Shown piece by piece: positions 28,723 through 40,333 of a stretch of 64,000 bases of DNA. Location of the stretch: assembly GCA_002863065.1 (NCBI GenBank), contig PKDL01000512.1:1190-65189 (forward strand), given 5' to 3'. The notes under the pieces were generated by a model. That model was given only the letters and a program-made list of their open reading frames with translations, did no database searches and had not been told where the DNA came from. The translations under genes and the position numbers were made by a program. Numbering within the stretch: the stretch's first letter is position 1; each line of letters opens with the position of its first letter. Source of the stretch: Pseudomonadota bacterium (GTDB taxonomy: Bacteria; Myxococcota_A; UBA9042; GCA-2863065).

Positions 28723-30255
28723 TTACTTGCCGATATGGACCCATACACTTTTGGTCTGTGTATAGAGATCGAGGGTGTGTCGGCCTAATTCTTTACCTAT
28801 CCCGCTCAGTTTGAAGCCGCCAAATGGTGAGCACATGTCATACACGTCATAGCAATTGACCCATATTATTCCGGCGTCGATTGCATGCGCGATTCGATGC
28901 GCTTTGCTGACATCTTTCGTCCAGACCCCAGCCGCTAGCCCGAAGATTGTATCGTTCGCCTCGCGTATTAGCTGTTCTTCTGTTTCAAACTGGATGACTG
29001 AAAGAACGGGGCCGAATATTTCTTCTCGGGCGATCCGCATGTGGTTCTGTACGTTAGTGAATATCGTAGGCTGTACGAAATAGCCCGGAGAATCGACTAG
29101 CGGATCGGTGTCTGCGCCAAACGCAATCGTAGCTTCACTCGCACCAATACGAATATATTCGTTGACCTTATCGCGGTGGGTAGCGGAAACGACGGGCCCG
29201 CTGCGGGTCGATCTTTGCATCGGATCACCGAGCCTCAGTTTCTTCGCTCGATGTATTAGTTTGTCCATGAATTCGTCGTGCACCGATGTATGGACGAATA
29301 AACGTGACCCGGCATTACAGACCTGACCTTGATTGCTAAAAATACCTTGAAAAGCGGAGCGGGCAGCACCGTTCAGGTCCGCGTCGTCGAAAATGATATG
29401 CGGTGACTTCCCTCCACATTCCAGAGACAGCTTTTTCAGATTTCCGGCGCTGGCCTTCAGGATGTGTTGTGCAGTCCGATGTTCTCCTGTGAACGCCAGT
29501 TTATCTACGCCTAAATGTGAGGATAGAGCGGCACCGGCGGTCGGACCAAACCCTGGTACCACATTGAACACACCGGGTGGAATGTCAGCCTCTAGTGCCA
29601 GTTTCCCCAGCTCGATCGCCCCCAGAGGAGACTGCTCAGCTGGTTTCAAGACGACGGTGTTACCCATTGCAAGCGCTGGAGCTGCTTTCCAGGCCGCCGT
29701 CAGAATGGGAAAATTCCATGCAGTGATGGCCCCGACCACCCCCAGCGGCACCTTCATGGTGTAATTCAAGTAGGCGGGGTCCACCGGACAGGTCTCGCCA
29801 TATACTTTGTTGCACCACTCACCAAAATATCGAAATACCATGGCGGTATGTGGCCCATCGACTGTTTCTGATTCACGTCGCGGTTTACCCATCTCGAGTG
29901 TCGTGAGCTTGGCGAGTCGGGTGCTATGTTGGTCGATGAGGTCTGCGAAGCATTTGAGTCTACGGCCTCGGTCGGATGGCTTCATTTTGGCCCACGGTAA
30001 AAAGGCTCGGCGGGCGGCAGCCACCGCGTCTTCGATATCCTCTGGGCCACCTTCAGCGCACGCGGTTAGCCGGTCGCCTGTACCTGGATACATTACATCG
30101 AAGGTTCGACCGGAATGCGCCTCGGTCAGCTGTCCGTCTATGAGAAGCTGTCCTGGCTCTACCGGCTCGGCCGCGGCAACTTGTATGGAGTTGGTAGTCG
30201 TCATGGGGGGAGAGTACCGTGTCTGCTCCACACTTGTAGTACAGTAGCTTGTCAT
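28723..30255 (-). CDS. NAD(P)-dependent aldehyde dehydrogenase
   Basis: ALDH family motifs: VVLKPAEQSPL, FTGEHRTAQ, and catalytic Cys in QGQVCNAGSRL plus ELGGKSP-like LECGGKSP. The likely start is MTTTNSIQ at ~30204. Confidence 0.9.
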   Translation of the reverse strand: MTSYCTTSVEQTRYSPPMTTTNSIQVAAAEPVEPGQLLIDGQLTEAHSGRTFDVMYPGTGDRLTACAEGGPEDIEDAVAAARRAFLPWAKMKPSDRGRRLKCFADLIDQHSTRLAKLTTLEMGKPRRESETVDGPHTAMVFRYFGEWCNKVYGETCPVDPAYLNYTMKVPLGVVGAITAWNFPILTAAWKAAPALAMGNTVVLKPAEQSPLGAIELGKLALEADIPPGVFNVVPGFGPTAGAALSSHLGVDKLAFTGEHRTAQHILKASAGNLKKLSLECGGKSPHIIFDDADLNGAARSAFQGIFSNQGQVCNAGSRLFVHTSVHDEFMDKLIHRAKKLRLGDPMQRSTRSGPVVSATHRDKVNEYIRIGASEATIAFGADTDPLVDSPGYFVQPTIFTNVQNHMRIAREEIFGPVLSVIQFETEEQLIREANDTIFGLAAGVWTKDVSKAHRIAHAIDAGIIWVNCYDVYDMCSPFGGFKLSGIGKELGRHTLDLYTQTKSVWVHIGK

Positions 30256-30433
30256 TTATTCGCATCGCGAACTGCGCGTGGGGCTACACAGGAGTTATGT
30301 GGCTCCGACTCAACCGTCCGTGACATCAACATGTTCTGAGAAGCATATGCGTAAGATGTGGGGCTTTATTCTCTCGTTCGTGAACTGAGCGAACACCGCC
30401 AGACGCGATACTTTGACCGTTTTGTTGTGTATC

Positions 30434-31288
30434 TTAGTGGGACGGATGAAATCCGCCTACATCGGGTTCGTTGCTGTCTGCTCCAATGCGCACCACCTGT
30501 GTCCGTGGCCGGTAGACGTCCATTGACCATTTTTTACGCTTTGTCGAGCCATCCGGTTTGGTACGTACCATTGTGCGTGCAAGCCTGAGCCCCTTAATGC
30601 CGCGCCGGTGGATTTGAGTTTCACCTGGTGGCAACTGGTCGGTGAGTTCAGTGATTTGTGTGAAAGAGCGCTTCGACACCGGAGTGGTCTCTAAATCGAA
30701 CCATGCATTTGGAGCACCCTCAGCGAAAAGTCGTATTGTGAGGTGTGTTTCACCGATTTCGGCAGAGATTTTCACCGGAAAGCTGTACGGGTTTTTTAGA
30801 ATAAGGTCTTTAGACCGCCACGCCACTGCTGCATCGAATCCGGACGCAATATAGGACGATTGCCAGCTATGGGAACGTCGCTTTATGACCTGCAGACCAC
30901 AGAGGATGGCTGCGGCATGAAGGGTGCTACTTGGCTGGCACACTCCTCCTCCGGGTCTATATTGGAGCTCCCCTCGGAAAATTACCGGCGCATACTGAAA
31001 GCCCGCCTCCTCAGTTCGCGGTCCTACTGTATCGTTGTAGCTTAGCGTTTGTTTTGGCCCGAGAACGATTCCATCGAGACGTTTTGCCGCGCGGCGGACG
31101 TTGCTGGCTCGGTAGTAGTCTTCCACTTTGAAGTGCGTGGTAAACTCGGACACCTGGTTACCTTGCACCGGTTGAAGATCATGTTGTGTCCAGCAACGGG
31201 AGCGATGCTGACGCGCAGATGCTGTCGAAGCGACGGAGCCTAGGGCGAGTACAAATACTAGCGTTATGGTAACTCGAAGTAGTGGCAC
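30434..31288 (-). CDS. VanW-like domain protein, secreted/membrane-anchored
   Basis: N-terminal signal/anchor MPLLRVTITLVFVLALGSVASTASA. The GGGVCQPSSTLHAAAILCGL motif resembles the conserved core of VanW/YoaR family proteins. Confidence 0.5.
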   Translation of the reverse strand: MPLLRVTITLVFVLALGSVASTASARQHRSRCWTQHDLQPVQGNQVSEFTTHFKVEDYYRASNVRRAAKRLDGIVLGPKQTLSYNDTVGPRTEEAGFQYAPVIFRGELQYRPGGGVCQPSSTLHAAAILCGLQVIKRRSHSWQSSYIASGFDAAVAWRSKDLILKNPYSFPVKISAEIGETHLTIRLFAEGAPNAWFDLETTPVSKRSFTQITELTDQLPPGETQIHRRGIKGLRLARTMVRTKPDGSTKRKKWSMDVYRPRTQVVRIGADSNEPDVGGFHPSH

Positions 31289-31308
31289 GCGCCCAAAGTA
31301 GTCCCACC

Positions 31309-32241
31309 TCAGGTTGGCGTCGAGAAATCAGACACTAAACTGTCGATTCGGTCCATTGACAGCTGTTGACGCGTCTCAGGAAGTGCATGCAGTGCATGAA
31401 TTGCTTGTTGCTGTTTGTTCGTATCGTGGCACATCAGAAATAAGTCGATGCCTGCAGCGGCGCCTTGAGTGACCATGGTTTCTGGAGAATATGTTGCGGC
31501 AACGGCTGCCATTTCGAGATCATCGCTTACGATGACACCGTCGAAGCCCATGTCTACTCGCAGGATGTCGTGAAGGATCCTGGGGCTGAGCGTCGCTGGC
31601 CATTGTGGATCTAGCAAGGGAAGAGAGATATGGGCCGTCATTATCATGGGAAACTGAGCCTGAACCGCGGCGTAAAAGGGGATGAGCTCAAGGTGTTCTA
31701 ATCGTTGACGGTCGATATTGAGGATTGGCAGGGTAAGGTGGCTGTCTAGGTCTGTATCACCGTGGCCCGGAAAGTGTTTTCCACATGAAATAACTCCTTC
31801 GCTTTGCAGTCCAAGATGAAGTGCTACACCGAGTTCAGCAACCACCTTTGGGTCTGTAGAAAAGCTTCTTGAGCCGATGACGGGATTGAGGGGGTTGGAG
31901 TCTACGTCTAGGACCGGTGCAAAGTTGACGTTGATCCCCAGTTTACGGAGACCAGACCCGAGTACTTGCCCCGCCTGGTATGCTCCCGCTGCATCCTGAA
32001 TATCTCTCATCGGTCCAACATCGGTAAAGCCGTCTCGCAAACGGCGCACGGCGCCACCTTCCTGGTCGATACAAATCAGCAGACCATGGCGATGGGCCTC
32101 GATCTCTGCGGTGAGGGCCGCAACTTGCTCCAGGTTCAGGACGTTCCTCTGGAAGAGAATCGCCCCGCTGACGAGGGGATCATCGATGAGTCTTTTTGCG
32201 CTGTCGGGCAGAGAGAACCCGTCAAATCCAATGATCAGCAT
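31309..32241 (-). CDS. nagZ: beta-N-acetylhexosaminidase (GH3, NagZ-like)
   Basis: GH3 N-terminal domain with KHFPGHGDTDLDSHLTLPIL and ICIDQEGG motifs typical of NagZ. Confidence 0.8.
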   Translation of the reverse strand: MLIIGFDGFSLPDSAKRLIDDPLVSGAILFQRNVLNLEQVAALTAEIEAHRHGLLICIDQEGGAVRRLRDGFTDVGPMRDIQDAAGAYQAGQVLGSGLRKLGINVNFAPVLDVDSNPLNPVIGSRSFSTDPKVVAELGVALHLGLQSEGVISCGKHFPGHGDTDLDSHLTLPILNIDRQRLEHLELIPFYAAVQAQFPMIMTAHISLPLLDPQWPATLSPRILHDILRVDMGFDGVIVSDDLEMAAVAATYSPETMVTQGAAAGIDLFLMCHDTNKQQQAIHALHALPETRQQLSMDRIDSLVSDFSTPT

Positions 32242-32256
32242 GTCTTCCGCTTGCCT

Positions 32257-33057
32257 CTACAGAGCATTGGGGTCCAGCTTATCGCGTAGCGAGTCCCCTA
32301 ATAAGTTGATTCCAAGCACCGACAAAAAAATACACCCGCCGGAGAGAATACCGAGCCAGGGTGCGGTTAAAAATAATATGGAACCTTCTTCTAGTAAGGC
32401 ACCCCAACTTGTGACTTCCTGCGGGCCAACCCCCAGGAAGCTTAGGCTAGCCTCCGCGAGAATCGCCCCTGCGATACCGAATGTTGCTTGGACAGTGACA
32501 GGGCCAAATACGTTGGGCAGCAAGTGGACTCGCATTATTCTGGCATTGGATGCACCCATCGACCGCGCCGCAAGCACGAACTCACGATGTTTCATAGACA
32601 GGACTTGGCCTCGGACTAATCGGGCATATCCAGCCCAGCCGGTCACATTCAAGGCAAGGATCACACCGAGGATGGTGGCCTCTCCCAGAGCAAAGATGAT
32701 GAGAAGTGCCAGGAGGAAACCAGGGAAGCTTAGAAAGATCTCGATTAGTCGCATCAGTGTTTGGTCAATCCAGCCTCCATACCATCCTGAAATGAGACCG
32801 ATAAGCGTTCCGATTGTGACAGACAACGCCACCGTTGCTAGGCCTACGATGACCGCGACTCGCGCGCCATAAAATAGGGCACTCAGGATGTCGGTGCCAT
32901 CTTCGGTTGTTCCCAAGAGGTGCATCGAGTCCGGGGGAGCAAGTGGGTTGTCAATGTCACGGTGGCCTTCCGGAAATGGGGCGAAAGATGTCGCGAAAAT
33001 ACCCGCGATAAAGATCGTTGACACTAAGATGAGGCCTAGCCACGTAGATACATTCAC
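32257..33057 (-). CDS. peptide/oligopeptide-type ABC transporter permease (DppC/OppC-like)
   Basis: 6-TM BPD-transport permease. The EAA-like loop ARSMGASNARIMRVHLLPN is present. ATGA overlap with the upstream permease. Confidence 0.8.
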   Translation of the reverse strand: MNVSTWLGLILVSTIFIAGIFATSFAPFPEGHRDIDNPLAPPDSMHLLGTTEDGTDILSALFYGARVAVIVGLATVALSVTIGTLIGLISGWYGGWIDQTLMRLIEIFLSFPGFLLALLIIFALGEATILGVILALNVTGWAGYARLVRGQVLSMKHREFVLAARSMGASNARIMRVHLLPNVFGPVTVQATFGIAGAILAEASLSFLGVGPQEVTSWGALLEEGSILFLTAPWLGILSGGCIFLSVLGINLLGDSLRDKLDPNAL

Positions 33058-33989
33058 CTGGACCTCCGAACGCGCGGGTCTGCAACGATGTATCCGACAT
33101 CCACGACTACATTGACCACGATATAGGCCACAGTGATCACGATGACGCAGCCTTGGATAACGGCATAGTCACGTTGAACGATCGCTTCGAGAAGTAAGGT
33201 CCCCACTCCCGGTCTTGCGAAGACCTTCTCAGTCACGATTGCTCCCGAGAGGAGGGCAGCTAGCTGGAGCCCGGTCACTGTGAGTACGGGGATGAGCGCA
33301 TTTCTAAGAACATGCTTTATCATGATTTGACGTTCAGGAAGTCCCTTTGCCCGTGCGGTCAGGACATAGTCCTCCTGCAATACATCGAGGACTGCGGCAC
33401 GAACCAGGCGACTTAATTTCGCTGATAATGCGATGCCTAAGACCAATGCGGGAAGAACCAGTGGAAGAGGACTGCTGAGCGGCGCACCCGGTGGCGGAAC
33501 GATTTGCCATTGCACTGCGAAAAGGAATAGCAGGAGCGGACCGGACCAAAATACAGGTACTGCAACACCAAGGAGGGCGATAAACATTGTGAATTGATCG
33601 ATAAACCCCCCATGTGACACAGCAGCTAAAATTCCGAAGGGAATGGCGATGAAGCATGCGACGAGCATTGCCGCTAAAGCGAGTTCAATGGTAGGGGGCA
33701 GTGCCTCCCCAATGATTTGTGATACCGGGCGACCGGAACCAACTTCGTAACTCTCGCCAAGAGTCCCGTCTGCAATCTGAGTCCAGAGTTGGCCGTATTG
33801 AACATGGAGCGGCTGATGCAATCCAAGGCGTTCCCTAAATCTAACTTTGGCGGCTTCGGGGGCTTCGTCTCCTAGAATATTATCCGCTGGGTCCCCTGGT
33901 GTAATTCTCAGCGCAAGGAAGACCAGCGTGATGGCGCCAACAAAGGCGAGAATGGCACCGAGAAGTCGAGTGAGCGCGTCTCGCATCAT
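33054..33989 (-). CDS. peptide/oligopeptide-type ABC transporter permease (DppB/OppB-like)
   Basis: BPD-transport permease, with TARAKGLPERQIMIKHVLRNALIPVLT as its EAA region. ATGA overlap with upstream mobA-like gene. Confidence 0.8.
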   Translation of the reverse strand: MMRDALTRLLGAILAFVGAITLVFLALRITPGDPADNILGDEAPEAAKVRFRERLGLHQPLHVQYGQLWTQIADGTLGESYEVGSGRPVSQIIGEALPPTIELALAAMLVACFIAIPFGILAAVSHGGFIDQFTMFIALLGVAVPVFWSGPLLLFLFAVQWQIVPPPGAPLSSPLPLVLPALVLGIALSAKLSRLVRAAVLDVLQEDYVLTARAKGLPERQIMIKHVLRNALIPVLTVTGLQLAALLSGAIVTEKVFARPGVGTLLLEAIVQRDYAVIQGCVIVITVAYIVVNVVVDVGYIVADPRVRRSR

Positions 33990-34567
33990 GTCCGGCGTTC
34001 CGAGACAAAGAAGTGCAGGTCTGATGGTATATTGATATTGGCTAATGCTCGGCCCACATCATGTACGCCTGACCGTAGGAACTCGTCCTCTGTGATGCGT
34101 ATAACCTCCAGTTGATCGAGTACAGCGTGTACACTGCGCTTACCTTGATCGAGCGTTTTGGAAACGACCGGCAACGCGCGCTTATGCCATCGAGCGCAGA
34201 GCGGATGTAGCCGATCGTTATAGAACGGTACTACAACATCTGCATCAGCCGCCGCTACCAGACAGCGAACCAGCGACGCGCTAAGTCCAGGCATATCCAC
34301 CGCTGCTAGCAATAAGTAGTCTGCGTCCTCGGGAAGCAGAGTGAGTGCAGTTTCTAGCCCACCTAGGGGACCGACTCCACTCCGAAGGTCCGGTATCGGC
34401 GGCCGACCAACGACAATGGGTGGATTGCATGCGGAGGTCAATACAGCACATACATGTTCGAGAAAGGTGCTGTCCTGAGCTCGCGCAAAGGCTTTGTCCT
34501 CACCGAATCGGAGGCTACCGCCTCCAGCCAATATTGCACTTGCGATGCCTCTCGCACTTGTCTGCAT
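33986..34567 (-). CDS. mobA: molybdenum cofactor guanylyltransferase (MobA-like NTP transferase)
   Basis: N-terminal AILAGGGSLRFGEDKAF matches the MobA LAGGxxxRMGxDK motif. 193 aa. Confidence 0.65.
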   Translation of the reverse strand: MQTSARGIASAILAGGGSLRFGEDKAFARAQDSTFLEHVCAVLTSACNPPIVVGRPPIPDLRSGVGPLGGLETALTLLPEDADYLLLAAVDMPGLSASLVRCLVAAADADVVVPFYNDRLHPLCARWHKRALPVVSKTLDQGKRSVHAVLDQLEVIRITEDEFLRSGVHDVGRALANINIPSDLHFFVSERRT

Positions 34568-34789
34568 CCCAGTGGATTACCGAACGCAGTCATGTCTGGC
34601 AACTCAGGAGCGGCTGTTTGGGTCGATGTGTTGGTTTTTATTGATACCGACGTGCGGCTGACCGAGGCTTCGAACTTTGAATATTTCATCGAGATCATCA
34701 AAAGTACGGAGTAATTTTCAGGTGCGGGTTGCATGGCACAATCAGGCGATTACGCTGGTGCCTGAGAATGATACCTTCTCGCAGACGCG

Positions 34790-36226
34790 TTGGAGCCAGG
34801 ATTGACAATTTCACACATATTGGAACCTTTCGCCGTTAGTGAACAGGTAATACGAAGGGTATTTGACCGAGCGCTGTCTCGAGGAGGCGATTTCTGTGAC
34901 CTCTACTTTCAGCGTTCCGAGAGCTGCTCTCTGGGCCTTGAAGATGGAGCCGTAAACCGGGCTGCCAGTGGGGCGGATCTCGGAGTCGGTATTCGAGTCG
35001 TGCAGGGTGTAGAGACGGGATATGCCTACTCGGAAAGCCTGGACTTCGCCTCCATGTTAGAAGCCGCCACTGTCGCCGCTACCGTGGCTTCGAGCGGTCC
35101 GATGGCAGCGCCAACAGCATTTCGCGTGACTGAGCCGGCATCGCACTATCCTATCGCGGTGCAGTGGAGTGATGTATCGACCAAGCGACGTGTCGACCTC
35201 ATGATGGACTTTGCTTCACGGATCGAGTCGTTAGATCCTAGGATCATCAAAGTCAGTGTCAGCCTGCGAGATTCCCAGAAAGAGGTGGTGATAATCGACT
35301 CGCTTGGGCGCATCCGTCGCGACTTTCAGCCGATGAGTGTTCTTCGAGGCTCATGCGTTGCCGAGCAAGACGGTCAGCGAGAATCCAACTACGTTGGGTT
35401 AGGGGCTCGTGTCGGACTTGAGTTCTATACAGAGGACCGTCTCAGTACAGCTGCAAAAGACCTCGTATCTCGTACGACGATACTCTTTGATGCTGTCGAG
35501 GGCCCTGCAGGTGAGTATCCCGTAGTACTTGGGCCAGGTAGTAGCGGTATCTTGCTACATGAAGCGATTGGTCACGGAATGGAAGCGGATGCAGCACGCT
35601 CGAAACGCACAATCTACGCTGACCAGGTAGGCCAGCGGATCGCTCCAAAGAACGTGACTATCGTTGACGACGGTACCAATGCAAACCTGCGAGGGAGCAT
35701 AAATACGGACGATGAAGGAGAAGATAGTCAGCGGACCGTATTGGTCGAGAATGGGATTCTACGCACTTTTATGCATGATCGGATCAGTGCACAGCACTTC
35801 GGCGTAGAGCCTACGGGCAATGGGCGACGTCAGAGTTTCCGACATATACCTTTACCGCGCATGAGAAATACCTACATGCTGGGCGGTCATACGCCCCGTG
35901 ATGAGATTGTGGCTTCCGTCGAGTTCGGGATTTACGCCGACCATTTCACCAACGGTCAGGTGAATATTGGACAGGGCGATTTCACGTTTTACATCAAGAA
36001 CGGCTGGCTTATCGAAGGCGGGAAGCTCACACGCCCAATAAAAGACGTGAACATCATCGGTAATGGCCCAGACGTGTTGCGTGGTGTCACCATGGTAGGG
36101 GACGACTTTGAACTAGATACGGGGACTTGGGTCTGCGGCAAGCGGGGGCAAAGCGTACCCGTTGGATTAGGCATGCCCACCGTAAAAGTTGGAGCGCTCA
36201 CTGTTGGTGGTAGGGGGAGTGCGTGA
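34790..36226 (+). CDS. tldD: TldD family metalloprotease
   Basis: HExxxH motif in GILLHEAIGHGMEADA. Length 478 aa. Followed by an overlapping pmbA/tldE gene. Confidence 0.85.
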   Translation: MEPGLTISHILEPFAVSEQVIRRVFDRALSRGGDFCDLYFQRSESCSLGLEDGAVNRAASGADLGVGIRVVQGVETGYAYSESLDFASMLEAATVAATVASSGPMAAPTAFRVTEPASHYPIAVQWSDVSTKRRVDLMMDFASRIESLDPRIIKVSVSLRDSQKEVVIIDSLGRIRRDFQPMSVLRGSCVAEQDGQRESNYVGLGARVGLEFYTEDRLSTAAKDLVSRTTILFDAVEGPAGEYPVVLGPGSSGILLHEAIGHGMEADAARSKRTIYADQVGQRIAPKNVTIVDDGTNANLRGSINTDDEGEDSQRTVLVENGILRTFMHDRISAQHFGVEPTGNGRRQSFRHIPLPRMRNTYMLGGHTPRDEIVASVEFGIYADHFTNGQVNIGQGDFTFYIKNGWLIEGGKLTRPIKDVNIIGNGPDVLRGVTMVGDDFELDTGTWVCGKRGQSVPVGLGMPTVKVGALTVGGRGSA

Positions 36227-37581
36227 ATCAAGAGATCGAGGAAACAGGCGCAGTTCAAGACTACTGCGAGGAAATGCGTTCACTTGCGGCCCAAGTTTGC
36301 GAATTAGCAACTCGCGCCGGAGCGCAGAATGCAACTGCAAGTGCCGGTATGTCACGCAGCCGGAAGGTGGTGGTTCGAGACGGACTAATTGAAGAAGTCA
36401 AGGCATCAACTAGTCGCGGAATATCGATTCGTGTGTATGTCGATGGTCGATACGGGGCACACAGCACGACCGACCTCACGTCGACGTCACTCGAGCGGTT
36501 TGTATCTCGGGCCGTGGCGATGACTCGTGTACTGATGCCGGATGAACATCGTGCACTACCGGATCCGTCGCTCTATGCGGGCCGGAAGAGTGACGATCTG
36601 GGGGTATACGACAGAAACCATACGGCGTGGACAGCGGATGCCCGGATGACTCGAGCTCGGGCGGCACATGATGCAGCGAAATCCGCTGTTGGTGATCACG
36701 GGCTCTCCGTCATGGGAGCGGCATCAGATGGCGTCAGCTGGTCCGCACTTGTGAATACCAATGGCTTTTCCGATGTAGAGCGGTTCACCAGTGCAGGTGT
36801 CAGTGCCATGGTCAACGTGTTGGACCCATCCGGTAAGCGTCCTAGTGACTGGTTTGACGACTCAACGCGAATGAATCCAGAGACACTGGACGTTATGACC
36901 GTTGGCAGGACGGCAGCGGAGCGGGCTTTAGCGCAGATAGGGGCCGTAGAGGCGAAATCTATGTCCGTGCCGCTGATTGTAGAGAACCGCGCGATTGGTC
37001 GCCTTCTGGGCGGTTTTTTATCACCACTTGGGGGCTATGCCTTGGACCAGAAACGGAGTTGTTTTGCTACGTCGATAAATACACAGATTGCCGCAGACTG
37101 TTTGGATATTGTGGATGACCCATTCGTCTATGGCGGATGGGGAAGCTCCCACTTTGACGGGGAAGGGCTCACAGCTCGGCGCCAACCGCTGATTGAAAAC
37201 GGGTACCTACGACGCTTTTTCATCGATACGTACTATGGGCGCAAGCTCGCGATGCAACCCACTGGAGGAGGGACCTTCAATCTCCGCTTCCGCCTCGGGC
37301 ATGAGAACCTTGACGCGCTCATGAAGCGCGCGGGACGTGCCCTGTTCATTACTAGCTTTCTCGGCGGTAATTCGAATGGTACGACAGGGGATTTCAGTCA
37401 CGGGCTCCGCGGTTTTCTCGTAGAGGACGGAGTATGCACTACGCCGGTTAGTGGCCTGAACCTATCTGGCAACCATCAAGAGTTCTGGAAAAAGTTGGTG
37501 GCCTTGGGGAATGACCCCAATCCAGGCAGTGCGACGTCGTGTCCCAGCATGCTGTTCGATGCAATGCCAGTCGCCGGATAG
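36223..37581 (+). CDS. pmbA: PmbA/TldE family protein (TldD partner)
   Basis: 452 aa, PmbA_TldD fold. The start overlaps the tldD stop (GTGA). It lacks HExxxH, as expected for TldE. Confidence 0.75.
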   Translation: MNQEIEETGAVQDYCEEMRSLAAQVCELATRAGAQNATASAGMSRSRKVVVRDGLIEEVKASTSRGISIRVYVDGRYGAHSTTDLTSTSLERFVSRAVAMTRVLMPDEHRALPDPSLYAGRKSDDLGVYDRNHTAWTADARMTRARAAHDAAKSAVGDHGLSVMGAASDGVSWSALVNTNGFSDVERFTSAGVSAMVNVLDPSGKRPSDWFDDSTRMNPETLDVMTVGRTAAERALAQIGAVEAKSMSVPLIVENRAIGRLLGGFLSPLGGYALDQKRSCFATSINTQIAADCLDIVDDPFVYGGWGSSHFDGEGLTARRQPLIENGYLRRFFIDTYYGRKLAMQPTGGGTFNLRFRLGHENLDALMKRAGRALFITSFLGGNSNGTTGDFSHGLRGFLVEDGVCTTPVSGLNLSGNHQEFWKKLVALGNDPNPGSATSCPSMLFDAMPVAG

Positions 37582-37596
37582 AACCCGCTGACGAAG

Positions 37597-38904
<1,308 letters not shown>

Positions 38905-39039
38905 TCACCACTAGAACGGCCGGAAGGTAACGCTGACCCAGCTGGATTGCCAGCGCTTAGCGGACTTCTTTTCGTGCGGGCATACGTTAGGTGCACCCTG
39001 AAGGCTGTGTATTGAGTGATTCGCGTAGATGCTAGCGCG

Positions 39040-39939
39040 CTAAGGGCTCTTGAGTATTTGGCTTGTTGCCAGCGCCTCGGCAAGAATTCGGACTCGTTGC
39101 CTTGACCGAATCCAGAAAATGATACTCAAAATCACCACTGCCAGAGCGAGCCCGAATACCACGCCATATGCTCGTAGATTGTCTGGAGTTTCACCATCGA
39201 TGAATAGCCAGAGCGTTTCATCCGCGAGGCGGCTATCGAGCAGGAGTTCTTCTCTATAAATTTTGACAATCGCTCGATAGCGACGAGGTGCTCTATCGGC
39301 CCGCAACAGCCGGCCTTCGCCGGAGAAAGAAATAGTCATATCGGATGGCAGAATCCAACGCCCCCCATGAAGGTCCATGAATGCAGCATGGATTGCGGGT
39401 TGACTGGTCATTTTTTCGGGTAGTGCCCGCGGCGTGCTGGCAATCATGCGCAGAATGGGGTCGAAGAAGTATGTGACATCACTTGCCGAGATTCGTTCTT
39501 CGGTCACTAGCGCTTTGTCGATGCGAGCTTGCACATTGTGGGTTCGGTCTGAAAAACCATCTTTGGGCCGTTCTCCATCCTTCCATCGCTTTTGCACGTC
39601 ACCTAAGTTGACCACTGGACCGGAGGAAAGCAGGTACGTTAGGTCATCGAGGTTCAACCAGGTCGACAGAGCCAGGGTCAGAAATAAAACAACGGTTAGT
39701 ATCAGCCGAAAGCGAGACTGGCGGACCGCTGTGGCTAAGAGGGCTTCGGGAGATTGGGCCACCTCATGATCTAATAGGAGTTCTTCTTCCGTGAGAGCAA
39801 AGTCTGTCGTTCCATCCGGGTATTGTTCGGGTCTGGCTTGCTCCCACCGCGCGAAGGCTGCTTCTAGGTTGTCGCTATCCGATTCATCTTCGGTAGGTGT
39901 TGTTGGCGGTGGATTACTCATGAAGCGAAAGGTGTGCAC
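39040..39939 (-). CDS. membrane protein, hypothetical (two TM helices flanking a periplasmic domain)
   Basis: Acidic N-terminus. TM helices LILTVVLFLTLALSTWL and AYGVVFGLALAVVILSIIFWI. No known motifs. Confidence 0.45.
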   Translation of the reverse strand: MHTFRFMSNPPPTTPTEDESDSDNLEAAFARWEQARPEQYPDGTTDFALTEEELLLDHEVAQSPEALLATAVRQSRFRLILTVVLFLTLALSTWLNLDDLTYLLSSGPVVNLGDVQKRWKDGERPKDGFSDRTHNVQARIDKALVTEERISASDVTYFFDPILRMIASTPRALPEKMTSQPAIHAAFMDLHGGRWILPSDMTISFSGEGRLLRADRAPRRYRAIVKIYREELLLDSRLADETLWLFIDGETPDNLRAYGVVFGLALAVVILSIIFWIRSRQRVRILAEALATSQILKSP

Positions 39940-39982
39940 AAGAGCGGGTTATTCGTTGTGGACGCAATCATTCGGTAGTCCA

Positions 39983-40333
39983 TCAGGCGGGTCGAGACTG
40001 CCGTCGTTCGTCGGCTGACTCATCCAATTCTACAGGTAGCCATTCTTGCCATTTATCATTGTCTCGCACGCGATACTTGACCGGAGTGAAGCCGCGATGA
40101 AGTAGCTGATGGACAAACTTAGCAAGAAGCACTTCGAAGGTCGGTGCTTCGCGGATAATGAATTGGATAACGAAGTGAAGCGGGTCGGAGCACTGTGTCT
40201 CTGCGAAGAGCTTACGGCGGTTACGCTCTGTCTTCTCGAAAATCGTCATTTGGAATACGACTATTCTGCCCAATTTTGTGGCTTCGAGTTGAAAACGTTT
40301 GAATTCCCGTATCACGCCTGCGCCTGGCCTCAT
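39983..40333 (-). CDS. small hypothetical protein
   Basis: ATG at 40333 (MRPGAGVIREFKRFQLEATK...). The ORF-track GTG start at 40363 is also possible. ~116 aa with no confident homology recalled. Confidence 0.3.
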   Translation of the reverse strand: MRPGAGVIREFKRFQLEATKLGRIVVFQMTIFEKTERNRRKLFAETQCSDPLHFVIQFIIREAPTFEVLLAKFVHQLLHRGFTPVKYRVRDNDKWQEWLPVELDESADERRQSRPA

